Shown: in pieces, positions 62,360 through 64,000 of the stretch
How the letters are laid out: every line of letters begins with the position of its first letter
How positions within the stretch are numbered: position 1 is the stretch's first letter
From: Phoronis australis
Lineage: Eukaryota; Animalia; Phoronida
DNA: 64,000 nucleotides
Assembly: GCA_002633005.1 (NCBI GenBank)
Contig: NMRA01000094.1
Span: forward strand, 522,597-586,596
Direction: 5' to 3'
Made by a program: the position numbers and the translations under genes
Notes under the pieces: model-generated
What the model saw: only the letters and a program-made list of their open reading frames with translations
Told to the model about the DNA's origin: nothing
The model's database searches: none

Positions 62360-63185
62360 TCCTCCTCCTCAAGTGCCCTGCCGGTAGGCGTTGGCGACCA
62401 TGGTTTTCCATCTGTCTCTCTCTGTCTCTCTGTCTCTCTGTCTCTCCCTCTCCCNNNNNNNNNNNNNNNNNNNNNNNNNNNNNNNNNNNNNNNNNNNNNN
62501 NNNNNNNNNNNNNNNNNNNNNNNNNNNNNNNNNNNNNNNNNNNNNNNNNNNNNNNNNNNNNNNNNNNNNNNNNNNNNNNNNNNNNNNNNNNNNNNNNNNN
62601 NNNNNNNNNNNNNNNNNNNNNNNNNNNNNNNNNNNNNNNNNNNNNNNNNNNNNNNNNNNNNNNNNNNNNNNNNNNNNNNNNNNNNNNNNNNNNNNNNNNN
62701 NNNNNNNNNNNNNNNNNNNNNNNNNNNNNNNNNNNNNNNNNNNNNNNNNNNNNNNNNNNNNNNNNNNNNNNNNNNNNNNNNNNNNNNNNNNNNNNTCTCT
62801 CTCTCTCTCTCTCCCGTTGCTCCAATGGTGACAGTATTTCCCGGTGTTTGCGGCCACTTCGACATTCCATCCAGTAGTTTTGTTCTTCGGCATCCTCGAC
62901 TTCTCTTCCCGTCTAGTTTACCAGTTGTTACCAGGTGTTCTAGTCCACCTTTCCTCATGATATGACCAAAGAACTTTGCTTGTCTTCTTCTGATGTTGTT
63001 CAGCAGTGTTCGGTTTGTGTCTACCTCTCTCAGTACCTCCTCGTTTGTCTTTTTAACCGTCTATGGTATTCTCAGCATTCTTCTTAAGAACCACATCTCT
63101 GCTGCCTCCAGGTGTTTTATGGCTTGAGAGTTCATTGTCCATGTTTCACAGGCATAAAGTAGTATTGGTTCTATACAGCAAGATA
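62360..63185 (-). mobile_element. RTE-clade LINE 3' fragment interrupted by a GA-rich microsatellite and an assembly gap
   Basis: Minus-strand EPILLYACETWT...LEAAEMWFLRRMLRIP...TNEEVL...FFGHIMRK..LEHLVTTGKLDGKRSRG...DRWKTMVANAYRQGT* is a characteristic RTE ORF C-terminus. Confidence 0.9.
62455..62795. other. Assembly gap (341 N) inside a (CT/GA)n tract
   Basis: Run of N flanked by TC repeats on both sides. Confidence 0.99.
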
Positions 63186-64000
63186 TTGCCGCAATTATGC
63201 AAATAAGTTCATATATATGGGATAAGTAGGTTATCATACATACATACATAGGAATTCTACTACGATATCCCACCTCGAGTTCATTTCATTTGGGAATGCC
63301 CCAACTGCATGCATATGTATATAGGTTATCCCACATACATGAGATGCCTGCATGTAGGTATATACACTACACGATCAGTGTGTATTTTGCTTTAGTTGTT
63401 ACAATTAAGTTAATTGTAAATGAAATGTCAAATGGTGGACCTTGATCTTCCACTAAACTCTCAATAAATGAAATCACAATATTGGACGTCCCGCATAAAT
63501 ATTGAATTAAGTACATGTGTACCTTTGCATTCATGTGTTGTTGTACTGGTGTGCTCCTGTAATTAAGAGTGACTCCATATAAAAACCAACAGGTAGGGTC
63601 TATACCCAAAAGCACAGACTTTTGAGACATAGCACATGAGTTTGGTTTGGTGAGATGTAGAAAAATCTCGCTTTTTAAGAATTTTCTCTTTTTATGAGGG
63701 ACCTGTACCTCCATTTTGCAACAAAATTGGGCGCCGAAGGACATGCTTAAATGCATTTTACTAGCATGCATTGTAAGCAGATAACAAATGAGTGATACGG
63801 TTTGGAAGGACTATGATTGAATAATTTATTGGCTCAACTTTTCAGATTTGTATGCTTTGATTTTTGTGGCAATAACGGCTGTTTTGAAAGTTTTCACTGA
63901 ACCCAATTTTCGGCCAAATTTGGCGCTCTGTAGCAGCTATGTTACACCTTTCCAAAAACAAGACAGTTTGTCCAGCCATTCCAAACCTGTTCATAATCTA

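Noticed and set aside
62283-62958. Long ORFs of 146-201 aa
   Set aside because: They are open only because of the N gap and the GA repeats; the real content is an RTE LINE fragment.

Overview
This is eukaryotic, repeat-rich animal (probably invertebrate) genomic DNA of roughly 39% GC by eye; the species cannot be determined from the sequence. Two host genes are supported, both on the + strand. The first is a spliced SLC16/monocarboxylate transporter of the MCT8/MCT10 type. I reconstruct it as 7 coding exons (5449-23599, about 683 aa), with a probable GC-AG intron and two downstream exons that add a long cytoplasmic C-tail. The second is a MYORG-like type II membrane GH31 glycosidase in one large coding exon (35884-37878). 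The rest is mostly decayed transposons: a Gypsy pol remnant, a Penelope-like RT + GIY-YIG element, L1/Tx1, CR1/L2 and RTE LINE fragments, and a probable piggyBac relic. There are also three copies of a TTAA-flanked Kolobok-type non-autonomous element (THAP mini-ORF plus a convergent second-gene stub), MITEs, tRNA-derived heads, and mini- and microsatellites. I found no prokaryote-type system or CRISPR array and cannot claim a clearly new biological system. The best leads are the hidden transporter tail and splice switch, the minimal THAP Kolobok, and a direct/inverted/direct repeat triplet near 58.5-59.6 kb. All family assignments come from motif recognition by eye, not database searches.
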